Below are positions 38,665 through 47,943 of a stretch of DNA of 64,000 nt, in pieces. The stretch's first letter is position 1; the number at the start of each line of letters is the position of its first letter. A program made the translations under genes and the position numbers. The notes under the pieces were generated by a model. That model worked only from the letters and a program-made list of their open reading frames with translations. It was not told the DNA's origin and did no database searches. This DNA is from a virus, in the IMG/VR virus record IMGVR_UViG_3300047478_000138, positions 1-64,000 of that record, one strand, 5' to 3'.

Positions 38665-38820
38665 TTAGTTAAAGTCATCAATATCTCCCTCAGCTGCTAT
38701 GGCTTGATGCTGTGCAATCCATTGAGCATCAAGTGCTTCAATTGCTGCTTGCTTGACCTCATAAGATGCTTCCGACAATTCGTAATTCCTGCGTTTAGTT
38801 AAGTAATCAGATTCGGTCAT
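38665..38820 (-). CDS. Hypothetical 51-aa protein (not in ORF track)
   Basis: ATGA overlap with the nrdB stop; MTESDYLTKRRNYELSEASYE... Confidence 0.5.
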   Translation of the reverse strand: MTESDYLTKRRNYELSEASYEVKQAAIEALDAQWIAQHQAIAAEGDIDDFN

Positions 38821-39224
38821 GGTAAGTTGCTCCAAAATTCAGGTGTTGTGTTAGTATCCACAATTCCAAGTAAATAGTTACCTGAAGTCTTCTCTTTCTG
38901 TGCTGTTTGCACATTAGATGGACGAGTATACTTATTAGCCCATACACAAGGATTTGGCACCTTGTCAACAATTGGAGGTTGTCCAACTGATGTCATAACA
39001 GAATGCAGATTATGTGTAACATACTGCTTAAGAACTGCGTTGTTCACGCCTAACAGGCGTGTGTCAGCATCGTAACAATAATCAATCCAATCAAAGTCTG
39101 CTTCTATAGCATCTCTATACAATTGATCAATAACTTCAGAATGCTCGTGAAAGATATAGGCCCAGTCAGGATCCTTACGTAAACGATTCAATAGAGTTAT
39201 GGTCATAGCATAATGCCCGGCTTC
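38817..39224 (-). CDS. nrdB: Class Ia RNR beta subunit, exon 2
   Basis: Begins EAGHYAMT, completing the D|ExxH iron-ligand motif; W.DY; C-terminal VQTAQKE..SGNY. Confidence 0.88.
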   Translation of the reverse strand, partial: EAGHYAMTITLLNRLRKDPDWAYIFHEHSEVIDQLYRDAIEADFDWIDYCYDADTRLLGVNNAVLKQYVTHNLHSVMTSVGQPPIVDKVPNPCVWANKYTRPSNVQTAQKEKTSGNYLLGIVDTNTTPEFWSNLP

Positions 39225-40322
39225 CGTTATATTCGAATAAGTTCGTTAAACTTATTCCGAGAGTTCTATAGTACTCTCTGCTATATGTTTCCATATAGAC
39301 TAGACTATATCATAGCCTCCACCATAATGTGGTAAGGCTCCTTCCGTTTCCAACTCACTTGAGCTGTACTCTACTTGCTTCCTATTAATATTCTTTCAAT
39401 TAATGGTGCTTTCGATAGTCGTTAAACTCGGAAATTATAAGTATTTTTCAATAAATGGTTTAAAGTAAGAGGGGCACTTTTTACTAATATTTCTGATATG
39501 GCATATTAAACTAGCATCACATCCAAATTCCTCTGCTATATCAGCGTTAGATCTTGTCGTTGTGTATGCTACTTTAGTGATTGTAGCAGCAATATCAATA
39601 TATTTACCTTTAAGTTTCTTACTTACTGGAGCAGAAACATTAGGAAATTTGGTATCCCATAAATGCTTCCATCTTTTTTGATGTCTAATAAGAGAAACAT
39701 ACCTAGAATGTAGTTCATACTTATGGGCTATATCTTCATTTGATGCACCATTTAGTATTAAATTAATAATATCAATAGCATCTTGGTTAGATAATTTAGC
39801 TGAAACATGGTCTTCACCTTGGATACGGTCTTGTAAACCTGTCTCAAACGCATGTAATTGGTTTTCTGCTCTAGTACACCACTCTAAGTTAGAGAAGTGA
39901 TTATTTTGCTTATTTCCATCAATGTGGTTTATTTGAGGTTTATTATCCTTATTAGGTATAAAAGCTTGTGCAACTAGTCTATGTACTAGGAAAGGTTTAG
40001 ACTGTCCTTGTGTATAAACTAATGATACATGTACATAACCACAGTTAGTAGTCACTGTAGCCATTTTATGACCGTTTGCTTTCTTACCTTTATATGAGAA
40101 TATGTCTCCGTTTTCATTTATTGTGTACCCTGGTAATCCAGGCACTGGTTTTTCGTTCATAATGCTCCTTTGCATCTATAATTTAAGTATGGATGAATTA
40201 TAACATTATGTAACTTATAATTGCCTTAGTAATTGATTGTCTTCACCATTATGTGTTAAGAGGTCCCAATTTTAGAAAGGTTATTCGACAGATATTTCTA
40301 CCTGAAGGGACAATTTGTGTTT
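39225..40322 (-). mobile_element. Group I intron in nrdB
   Basis: 5' splice after U (GAU|) with P1 GGAU/GUCC; terminal G; P7 GACUA/UAGUC (TTAACGACTATC ... GATATAGTCTAG); splicing restores AQD-EAGH. Confidence 0.88.
39435..40160 (-). CDS. Intron-encoded HNH homing endonuclease (NUMOD4-like + HNH + HTH repeats)
   Basis: VHRLVAQAFIPN...QINHIDGNKQNN..SNLEWCT..EN..HA; AAGGAG RBS and its own promoter motif. Confidence 0.88.
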   Translation of the reverse strand: MNEKPVPGLPGYTINENGDIFSYKGKKANGHKMATVTTNCGYVHVSLVYTQGQSKPFLVHRLVAQAFIPNKDNKPQINHIDGNKQNNHFSNLEWCTRAENQLHAFETGLQDRIQGEDHVSAKLSNQDAIDIINLILNGASNEDIAHKYELHSRYVSLIRHQKRWKHLWDTKFPNVSAPVSKKLKGKYIDIAATITKVAYTTTRSNADIAEEFGCDASLICHIRNISKKCPSYFKPFIEKYL

Positions 40323-41009
40323 ATCCTGTGCGATTTTGCTAATGATGTCTGCAGTTACTGAGAATAAACCATTTTCCTTAAAAGCAAAGCTTGTAAGGAA
40401 TGATGACTTGAACAGAATAGCTTCAAGAATGTTTAATGCAAATAGTGACATAACAATAGAAACTTTGTGTGCTTCTATATCATATGTTGATGTTTGCAAA
40501 ATCATGTGGGAATTGTGTTGTACAGTATCATCGAAGCAAGCTACAATTGAGCTTGCACGCTTGAGTATTGCTGGATTGACCATAATATCATCAAAGATTG
40601 CTTTAGCATCAACAGGCAAGCCCTTGAGAATGTCTGCATACGATTGGCTATGAATGTTACCTTCAAAGAATGCATGTTGATACCACCAGACTTCCAATTG
40701 TGGGTTAGTAGTTACTGGAATAAATACTTCAGCAACTGATCTAGCAGCAAGTGAGTCAAGTAAGGTCTGGAATTTCAAATTCTTCATATATAGTTGTTGG
40801 AGTTTAGGCCCACAACTAATGTAGTCCTTGCCATCCTTAGATGGTGAGAAATCTCCTGGGAACCACATCTTCCCAATAGCAGCTGCAGTTGCAGCACTAA
40901 TATGAGCTTCGATAGATAAATCAAGTCGGGATATATTACGACCATTCGGATCCAAAAATAGTGAGGACTTAGTAAAATCTACTGGATTAGGATTAAATAA
41001 ATGACTCAT
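40323..41009 (-). CDS. nrdB: Class Ia RNR beta subunit, exon 1
   Basis: WFP.DF, NLKFQTLLDS, FFEGNIHSQSY (radical Tyr), NILEAILF..SF...FAF. Confidence 0.88.
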
Positions 41010-43228
41010 ACTGAACAACCTCCGCCTTGGCATGTAGAAGTAAGTTCCTGTTCATCTGGAAGCTTAACATTCATATAATATCTCCCTTTGCAACCGTAAT
41101 ACTTCGCTAGAAATAAGTCACTAATAACTGATGTTGATAGCACTTTCCCGCCATTCAATTCAGGATTGTAGAATGTATTTGCTGATATGCCCTTGTCGAT
41201 CCACTTCTGCGTAACTGCAACGTGCTTGATGAAGTCAGCATTAATGTCCCTATCGTATGCAAAGTCATATTTATCTGCTAATCGAATACAATCAGGTGCG
41301 AATTGTTTGTAATTCACTCCAGATTTGTCCTTGATTGTCATCAAATTACGAATTGGCTCAAGACCGGTTGTCTGATTAGATGGACCGGCAGAGGTTTCTG
41401 CAGGAGGTACCATCATTAGACCGACATTATACATACCATGTCGGAGAATTTGCGTGTCTAACCATTCCCAATCACAATAAGTTGCTGATGAAACAAGTTC
41501 GTCAACATTGCGATTGTAACGATTGATAGGCAATAACTTGTCATGATAGATAAAGCCTGGAGCTGCTCCAAGTTCTTGTGCAAGTTGCATAGATGCTACA
41601 TGACAGTCAAATGAGAAATTCTCCATCCATTCGTTATGTGCTTCAAGTGCTGCTGAATTGCCGTATCTCCAACCGTGATGAGCCAACCAAAATGCATGAT
41701 TAGATAATCCAAGACCAATATCACGATAAGTAGCTACATAGGCGTTTGCTTGAGATGTAGGGTGTACTTGTCGTTGCATGATATGCGATTGTGCGCGAAC
41801 CAATAGATTAGTGACGTGTGGTAATTGGTCAATGGAAACAAGTCCCTGATTGACGTTACCAAGTACACATACACCAATATCAGGATTGTCAGGTTGCTTC
41901 GGATCAAGGGGTTGCACACTAGTCATAAACTCAATACAAATGTTTGCCATATTAATAGGACGAGGAATACAAGAGTTTGCATTCATTTCATCAATATTCA
42001 ATATGTAGTATGATGAAGTTTCCGTGGATTCAACTGCAACTAAACGATTCCAGAAGTCCTGTGCATCAATCTGTCCGCTATAAAGCTCTGCTGCTTCACA
42101 TTCCTCATAATACTTTGTAAATGAATCAACATCTGCTGAGTAAAATAACTCAAGCATGCGTGGACACTTACGAGTAGAGAATAGTGAAATAGGTCTACCA
42201 TCCTTGGCACGATCATATACAAGTTGGTTGACTTTGATACCATAAGATAAATCGTTAACACGATCCTCTACCGGCATACGAGGTGACTTAAGTGCAAAGA
42301 TAGTTTCTATCTCTGGGTCAAAGAAATTCAGATATGGAGTAGCTGATCCGCGTCTGCCGTTCTGGGAGGCTTTGCTGATGTTTGCATCAATTGATTTGAT
42401 AATAGGTAACTTACCAGAATGAGATATTCTGCCTTGCTTAACCTTATCCCCAATTGAGGCTAAATCTGCAATATCCTCACCAATGCCGGCTGATGCTACT
42501 GTATGCAATACTAAAGCCTTGTCACATTCAACCCATGAATCAATAGAGTCTCCTCTACGAAAAACTATACATGAAGCATAATCAGTTGATATTGTGCGAA
42601 GAGACTTCATTTCCGGGGTTGGAAGAGTGATATGAAATAGTGATAAAGCATTGTAAAAGTCAATAATGTACTGGGTTGGGTTAATATGATAGTCATGAAA
42701 TGTGTCAATAGCAATTGCCATAAACATAAATTGTGGGGTTTCATACTTGCAAACACCATACCCATTAACTAAAGCATCAAGTCCAGATGAGGTGAAAGTA
42801 AAATCACGTGAGTGATTAATTGCTTGCTCAAGTGCTTGTATGTCAATTCCATTATAAATTAATCTAGGTGGAGATAATTCTGGTGAATAATGTCCAGCTA
42901 GAACTCGTTCAGTTAAGAATTCAGTTAAACTAGGTGGATTGATTGACTTGAAAACATGCTTGTACAATTTCTGCAACTTGAGATTGCGTGCTACTGTATC
43001 GTAATTGGGATTACGCAAGTCTGCTAAATCATCACATGTCTTGATAAAAATATCAGTGATATAACTAGTATGGATTCCGTCAAATAAATGTAATTTTGAC
43101 TGAATCTCTATATCAGACACTGATACTCCTGATACTCCATTAACAGCCCACTCAAGACTTGCTGTTGCTTTAGATATGTCCAAAGGTTCCAGCTTCCCAG
43201 AGTGCTTAACTACATGAATAGTGGACAT
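41006..43228 (-). CDS. nrdA: Class Ia RNR alpha subunit with ATP cone
   Basis: VVKHSG..EP ATP cone, YETPQF, LPTP, ASC, QNGRRGS, NICIE, PPAETS, RYY and C-terminal CQGGGC. Confidence 0.93.
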   Translation of the reverse strand: MSTIHVVKHSGKLEPLDISKATASLEWAVNGVSGVSVSDIEIQSKLHLFDGIHTSYITDIFIKTCDDLADLRNPNYDTVARNLKLQKLYKHVFKSINPPSLTEFLTERVLAGHYSPELSPPRLIYNGIDIQALEQAINHSRDFTFTSSGLDALVNGYGVCKYETPQFMFMAIAIDTFHDYHINPTQYIIDFYNALSLFHITLPTPEMKSLRTISTDYASCIVFRRGDSIDSWVECDKALVLHTVASAGIGEDIADLASIGDKVKQGRISHSGKLPIIKSIDANISKASQNGRRGSATPYLNFFDPEIETIFALKSPRMPVEDRVNDLSYGIKVNQLVYDRAKDGRPISLFSTRKCPRMLELFYSADVDSFTKYYEECEAAELYSGQIDAQDFWNRLVAVESTETSSYYILNIDEMNANSCIPRPINMANICIEFMTSVQPLDPKQPDNPDIGVCVLGNVNQGLVSIDQLPHVTNLLVRAQSHIMQRQVHPTSQANAYVATYRDIGLGLSNHAFWLAHHGWRYGNSAALEAHNEWMENFSFDCHVASMQLAQELGAAPGFIYHDKLLPINRYNRNVDELVSSATYCDWEWLDTQILRHGMYNVGLMMVPPAETSAGPSNQTTGLEPIRNLMTIKDKSGVNYKQFAPDCIRLADKYDFAYDRDINADFIKHVAVTQKWIDKGISANTFYNPELNGGKVLSTSVISDLFLAKYYGCKGRYYMNVKLPDEQELTSTCQGGGCSV

Positions 43229-43229
43229 G

Positions 43230-43490
43230 CTAGTTAAGTACTCGTTTAAGTGCTGCTGAAGGGCTGAACTTAACTGTCTTAGTTGTATACGGATTGCCTG
43301 TACCAGGTGCTTTACCAGAACGTGTGACTGGTTTGAAGATACCAAATGTACTGCTAATAGTAACAGAATTGCCTGCTGCAAGTTGCTTACCTATAGTAGA
43401 TTCTAAATGATTCAAGATTGCTGAAGCAGCTTTCTGTGACTTAACTTCTGGGCAATTTGCCAACTCGATTAATAGTTCTTTTCTAGTCAT
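43230..43490 (-). CDS. hup: HU-like DNA-binding protein
   Basis: MTRKEL...FGIFKPVTRSGKAPGTG...VKFSPSAALKR. Confidence 0.85.
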   Translation of the reverse strand: MTRKELLIELANCPEVKSQKAASAILNHLESTIGKQLAAGNSVTISSTFGIFKPVTRSGKAPGTGNPYTTKTVKFSPSAALKRVLN

Positions 43491-43542
43491 GTGTGACTCC
43501 TGTAAAATAAAGTTTGAAGTTTATCCACATTACGGTGGTGTG

Positions 43543-43992
43543 TCAACTGCAATTGTATAAATAGTAAGCTGTTCCGTTTACTGTTTCGGTATACTCATTC
43601 CCATCTCGGGATGCTATGACTGATCCTCTATCAGAATCGTATATGTAGTCTTCTAAGTATTGTTCAGTGTCAAAATACTGTTTAATAACTTCGTTAACTC
43701 CATATAATACGTCATCAAGTGAGTATTCCGCATAGTTTGCTACCTGTTCATCAGCTTCCTCATCAGTTAATACTAGCCACTCATGATTGTCTATAGCTCG
43801 ATCGCAATCCGAAAACATGTCTCCTGTGTGTTGCATAAGAGCAAGTACTCGTTCATCAATATCAGATTCAATTTCATCAAGATAGAATTGCTCAAGGTTG
43901 GTGTTATCTGGATCCATTTGCCATATGAAGTACTCCTTGGAATAGCGTTCGTCAGAATCAATTAAGTCCTGAATTTGCTCTTCTGAAATCAT
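43543..43992 (-). CDS. Hypothetical acidic phage protein
   Basis: WLVLTDEEADE...DRG..IAS.DG.E motif. Confidence 0.6.
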   Translation of the reverse strand: MISEEQIQDLIDSDERYSKEYFIWQMDPDNTNLEQFYLDEIESDIDERVLALMQHTGDMFSDCDRAIDNHEWLVLTDEEADEQVANYAEYSLDDVLYGVNEVIKQYFDTEQYLEDYIYDSDRGSVIASRDGNEYTETVNGTAYYLYNCS

Positions 43993-44120
43993 AAAACTTC
44001 TTTCAATAAGATAATAGCAACTGTTGCAAATATAACAAATAAGAGTGCTTTAAATTGCAAATCTGGTGGAATTGGAATGAACCCGTTGAGTTTAATAAGT
44101 TTGTAGGAATTTGGTATCAT
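43989..44120 (-). CDS. Small TM protein (43 aa, not in ORF track)
   Basis: AGGA RBS; MIPNSYKLIKLNG...ALLFVIFATVAIILLKEVL; ATGA overlap downstream. Confidence 0.45.
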   Translation of the reverse strand: MIPNSYKLIKLNGFIPIPPDLQFKALLFVIFATVAIILLKEVL

Positions 44121-44128
44121 GTAATGTC

Positions 44129-45217
44129 CTATACTAACGGTTTGCCGTCTGGTGTACAGTCACGGAGTCCGATGAAAATTGGTTTAAGAGGCTTAAGGTC
44201 GTTAGACAGTACCTCGAATTCACACGTAGCCCATTTGCCAATATATGATTGCGGATCAAGAGATTCAACAAATGCGTGTGTACCGACTGGTTTAGCCTTG
44301 AAAGTTAATGGTGGAGTTGTATGTGTATTCAAATGGAATACTGGGTGATTTCGTTTATCAAGCTCATACCCAACAATTAAGAATTCTGCTGATTGTGCTT
44401 TCTTGTACTTGAACATATCGGATGAACGAACGTTGTGCTTATATAATGCTGATGTATTCTTTACAACTGTGCCTTCATACCCAAAAGTAGTACACTCCAT
44501 GTAATGATGGTCAATAGCTTCTGTAGATAAACAAGTTACATTATAAATAACTGCTACAGTAGAATGAATAGTTGTGTCAAAGTTGTTGTATGAGTGCATC
44601 AACATAGCGCGTTCATAGAACTGTTCAGTGGAGTCTGCTATATCAAATATGCAGAAACTAAGTAATGAGGAATTGTCATTAGTTTTGATTACTGCTGATG
44701 TGATATCTTGCAACGCAAAGCCGTGAATATACAATTCACCATTAAGTTCATTGGAGTTAAATAAATCCATAGCCTGATGTACTAGTGGCTCAAGATGTGG
44801 GATTGGTGGATACAATTCACCTCCACGAGAATATAGGCGGAGAGTCCCATTAGTACGTTTGTATATGCCATTAACTCCGTTAAGCTTTGAGGAACTAAAG
44901 CATGGAAACTTAACGTTGTGTAGTTGGTCCTGATAGGACTTGACTTTCATCGGAAGTTGCACAGTAACTGGTGCGGAGGGATCAGTTGAATATCCGGACT
45001 TGAGTTTCTTTGCAACAAGAGCTGCTGCTTCAAGTTCTGCTTGCTGATTAGCCGACGTCTCATTGGATTTGCCAAGATGTTTGCTTGTACAAGTAGTAAC
45101 TGCAGTTTGCATAGCTCCATCAACTTGGCCAAATTGCACGGTATAAGTATCCTCAAAAGTTGATACTGACCATTGCTGGATTGAGCCGTTCTTGTTAGAT
45201 TTGAATAATGTTGTCAT
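44129..45217 (-). CDS. ATP-dependent DNA ligase with WGR-like N-terminus
   Basis: KLNG adenylation motif, YSRGG, LNGELY, IFD, YEGTVVK, RS..MFKYK and an OB-fold C-terminus. Confidence 0.88.
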   Translation of the reverse strand: MTTLFKSNKNGSIQQWSVSTFEDTYTVQFGQVDGAMQTAVTTCTSKHLGKSNETSANQQAELEAAALVAKKLKSGYSTDPSAPVTVQLPMKVKSYQDQLHNVKFPCFSSSKLNGVNGIYKRTNGTLRLYSRGGELYPPIPHLEPLVHQAMDLFNSNELNGELYIHGFALQDITSAVIKTNDNSSLLSFCIFDIADSTEQFYERAMLMHSYNNFDTTIHSTVAVIYNVTCLSTEAIDHHYMECTTFGYEGTVVKNTSALYKHNVRSSDMFKYKKAQSAEFLIVGYELDKRNHPVFHLNTHTTPPLTFKAKPVGTHAFVESLDPQSYIGKWATCEFEVLSNDLKPLKPIFIGLRDCTPDGKPLV

Positions 45218-45218
45218 A

Positions 45219-45407
45219 TTAATCCTTTAAATGTTTTGCTGCAAGATAAAATTGCATAATTTCTGATTTGTCTTCTATATTCTGTAGTGAGCCATATTCA
45301 AAATTGTCGATCATAGACGGTTCTAAGTGCCGATAAACTGCTTCTGCTATTTCATATGGAAGCAGTTCAGATTCATTCAGTACAGTAACCAGTTGTTCGA
45401 TATCCAT
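45219..45407 (-). CDS. Hypothetical protein
   Basis: AAGGA RBS, 62 aa. Confidence 0.55.
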   Translation of the reverse strand: MDIEQLVTVLNESELLPYEIAEAVYRHLEPSMIDNFEYGSLQNIEDKSEIMQFYLAAKHLKD

Positions 45408-45542
45408 AGATATTTCCTTATAAAAATTTGCAGTTTAGTAGTTGGTGACGATGCCTACTACAACTCACATTTGGACGACTTAAACTTGGTTTAATCAATT
45501 GCATGATATAATCTCCTATGAAAATAAGTAAAAAGGCCCTAT

Positions 45543-46499
45543 ATGAGAGTTTGTAGAACCTGTAAAGTAGAAAAAGATGAAAGTGAATTTTCTGTTAACA
45601 AACGTAATAAAGACAATTTAGAATATCATTGTAAAGAGTGTATTAAAGTATCTACTAAGGTGCAAAGAAACAAAAGATTAGCCGATAGTAGATTTGCCAA
45701 AATAGAAAAAAAGAAACAGGATTTACTGGATAGGCAAAATGCCGCTGAAAAAGTTTGCTACACATGCAAAATTACTAAACCTTTAGGTGAATTTAATAAA
45801 AATAAACATGCAGTAGATGGATTATATCCTTCATGTACAGAATGTAAAAATTATAAAGCTAAAGAACGTCGTAAATTAGACATTGAATCAGCTAGAGCAA
45901 GAGATCGTGAATATAGGCATAAAAATAAAGACAAAAAAGCTTTATCAGATAAAAAATACCGAGAAACTAATATAGAAACTCTAAAAATTAAGAAACAAGA
46001 GTATTATAAAGAAAATCGAGAAATATTAAGTTATAAAAATAAGCTTCGTAGAATAAACTTACCTCAATCAGATAAGTTAAACTTAAAGACTAAATCTCAT
46101 AATCGTTATAAGAATCGTTCTGAAAAAGAAAAAGAAAATAGAAAAGAGTATGGTAAACACTATCATAAAACTCCAACTGGAATGTTATCAAGCAGAAATA
46201 ATAGAGGAAAAAGACGTGCTAATATACTGTCAGGTTCAGATGGAACAGTGACTTCACAAGCACTTGAAACGCTTAAAGAAAAGCAAAATAATAAATGCTA
46301 TCATTGTGAAGTAGAATTAGACTTTAGTATAAAAGGCACTGTAAATTTAGATCATTATATACCCTTATCTAAAGGAGGCTTACATTCCATAACAAATGTT
46401 GTATGGAGTTGTGCTTCCTGTAATAAGAGTAAAGGTAATAAAATGCCTGAAACTGTTTTAAACTTTAATAAATTTAAGGTAGAAACCTTGCCCCAATGA
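45543..46499 (+). CDS. Free-standing HNH endonuclease with two N-terminal Zn-finger repeats
   Basis: CRTC...CKEC and CYTC...CTEC; C-terminal CYHC...LDHYIPLSKGGLH...NVV.SCASCNKSK; opposite strand to its neighbours. Confidence 0.85.
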   Translation: MRVCRTCKVEKDESEFSVNKRNKDNLEYHCKECIKVSTKVQRNKRLADSRFAKIEKKKQDLLDRQNAAEKVCYTCKITKPLGEFNKNKHAVDGLYPSCTECKNYKAKERRKLDIESARARDREYRHKNKDKKALSDKKYRETNIETLKIKKQEYYKENREILSYKNKLRRINLPQSDKLNLKTKSHNRYKNRSEKEKENRKEYGKHYHKTPTGMLSSRNNRGKRRANILSGSDGTVTSQALETLKEKQNNKCYHCEVELDFSIKGTVNLDHYIPLSKGGLHSITNVVWSCASCNKSKGNKMPETVLNFNKFKVETLPQ

Positions 46500-46644
46500 G
46501 TTGATGTCTATGCCTAGTCATAGCAACAAAAGCTAAACATAGTTCAGCATGAGTTGATGGTGTAGGGAGAGTTTGGTGTGCTTCAATGGCTTCGATAATT
46601 GACTCGTTCAAATCGTTGTCAAGTTCAACAATATCCCATGTTCC
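46474..46644 (-). CDS. SF1 (UvrD/Rep-like) helicase, exon 2 (not in ORF track)
   Basis: GTWDIVELDND...ELCLAFVAMTRHRHQL: the remainder of motif V plus motif VI (VAxTR). Confidence 0.85.
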   Translation of the reverse strand, partial: GTWDIVELDNDLNESIIEAIEAHQTLPTPSTHAELCLAFVAMTRHRHQLIGARFLP

Positions 46645-47943
46645 CTTATATGTTCAAGTGCACCTCGTTAATGTGCATTCTGGTAATTTAATACCAACTA
46701 TATGTCTCCATATAGAACAGACCATATCTTCATCCAATAATGGATGCTCACTATTTCGGATCACTTGATCCTACTCCCTCGCGGGATGGTCGTTGAGGGT
46801 TCAACAGTAAATTAATACTACGTTGCTTCCCTGCTGATTGTCCATAGCTTATAGATTTTCAGGGTTCGCTATCTACTTTCGTGATAGTATCCTACTATAA
46901 GATTGACTGGAGTTTCCAGCATAAAAATGAGTTTGCATATGCAGATTACTCTGCATAGGGGCAATTAAATTTAATTATTATACATTATTGCTATAACACC
47001 ACTTATAACCATAACTTGTTTTTTGTCTATTTCTGCAGGTACTTGTAATACTATCTCCAGAAAGAGCGCCTACAAATTCCGCTGCTTCTATAGCAGAATT
47101 AAAAGATCTTAAATACACTCCATCAAGAGTGAGTTGATCAATTTTACGTCCACAAGCTTCTCTAGTATTAATTGAAGAAGACACAAAAGAAATTGTGTGC
47201 GGAGCATATACTGCAGGAGATATTCCAAGTTCTCTACATTTGATATCCTTATCAATTTCAAGGCCTTTAGCCCATCCATTTGAAGTACACCATGTTATAA
47301 ATGCTACTGGATCATCTATCCATTCAGGTGCCATAGTCACGCCTTTACCACCATAATTATGATAGTCCTTACGTAGAGGAGAGTAGCAACGTTGTTTAAT
47401 TCCGTTCCATATAGGATATAAAGGATGAGTATGCATTCGTTTATTCTCAGAAGCACAAGTAATACACTTAGTTTGGGACTTTGCTGTAGTCCCTGTTGCT
47501 CGTGCTTTAAAATGTGCTTTACATTCAGTACATTCAAATATGGCATATCTTGCTATATTCGTAGAAGAGTCTGAGGCAGTAGTCATTCCTAAATCTTCAA
47601 TAATAGTCATCTGAAATTCAGATTGTATTAATGGTTTAGTTATAGCTTTCTGTTGAGACTCTTTTGCACATTCTGTACAGTATAAACTTTTCTTTGCATT
47701 TTGCACATCTCGTTCAATGTGCTTTGCACAAACTGTACATGCAAATATTGCATAACGTTTAGGGGACTTCATTCCTGGTTTATGTATTGTTCCAAGATCC
47801 TGTATAATAAGCATTTTATACTCTGCTTGATTTAGTGGTTTTCGTGATGTATGTTTCATATAAGCTCCTTTATGATTTGTTAGTATAACTAAACAAAGTT
47901 AATAGTTTGCTTAAATGAGCGGTGTGTATAATAATTAAAATTT
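46645..47943 (-). mobile_element. Group I intron in SF1 helicase motif V
   Basis: 5' splice after U (AAGGGU|); IGS GCCCC after the ORF; P ATGCTGGAAA, Q AATCAGCAGG, P7 GACCA/TGGTC (CTCAACGACCATC ... GAAGATATGGTCTG); terminal G. Confidence 0.85.
46978..47859 (-). CDS. Intron-encoded endonuclease (2x Zn-ribbon repeat + HNH-variant + NUMOD1)
   Basis: Duplicated KPL.Q.E..M.II.DLG...YAIF.C..C; LY.IW.GIKQRC...YGGKGV...W...F..W...EIDKD; C-terminal F.SA.EAA...YGYKW. Confidence 0.75.
   Translation of the reverse strand: MKHTSRKPLNQAEYKMLIIQDLGTIHKPGMKSPKRYAIFACTVCAKHIERDVQNAKKSLYCTECAKESQQKAITKPLIQSEFQMTIIEDLGMTTASDSSTNIARYAIFECTECKAHFKARATGTTAKSQTKCITCASENKRMHTHPLYPIWNGIKQRCYSPLRKDYHNYGGKGVTMAPEWIDDPVAFITWCTSNGWAKGLEIDKDIKCRELGISPAVYAPHTISFVSSSINTREACGRKIDQLTLDGVYLRSFNSAIEAAEFVGALSGDSITSTCRNRQKTSYGYKWCYSNNV

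Noticed and set aside
43228-43381. N-terminal extension of NrdA given in the ORF track (791 aa)
   Set aside because: It overlaps the HU gene in another frame; the ATP cone starts at MSTIHVVK (43228).
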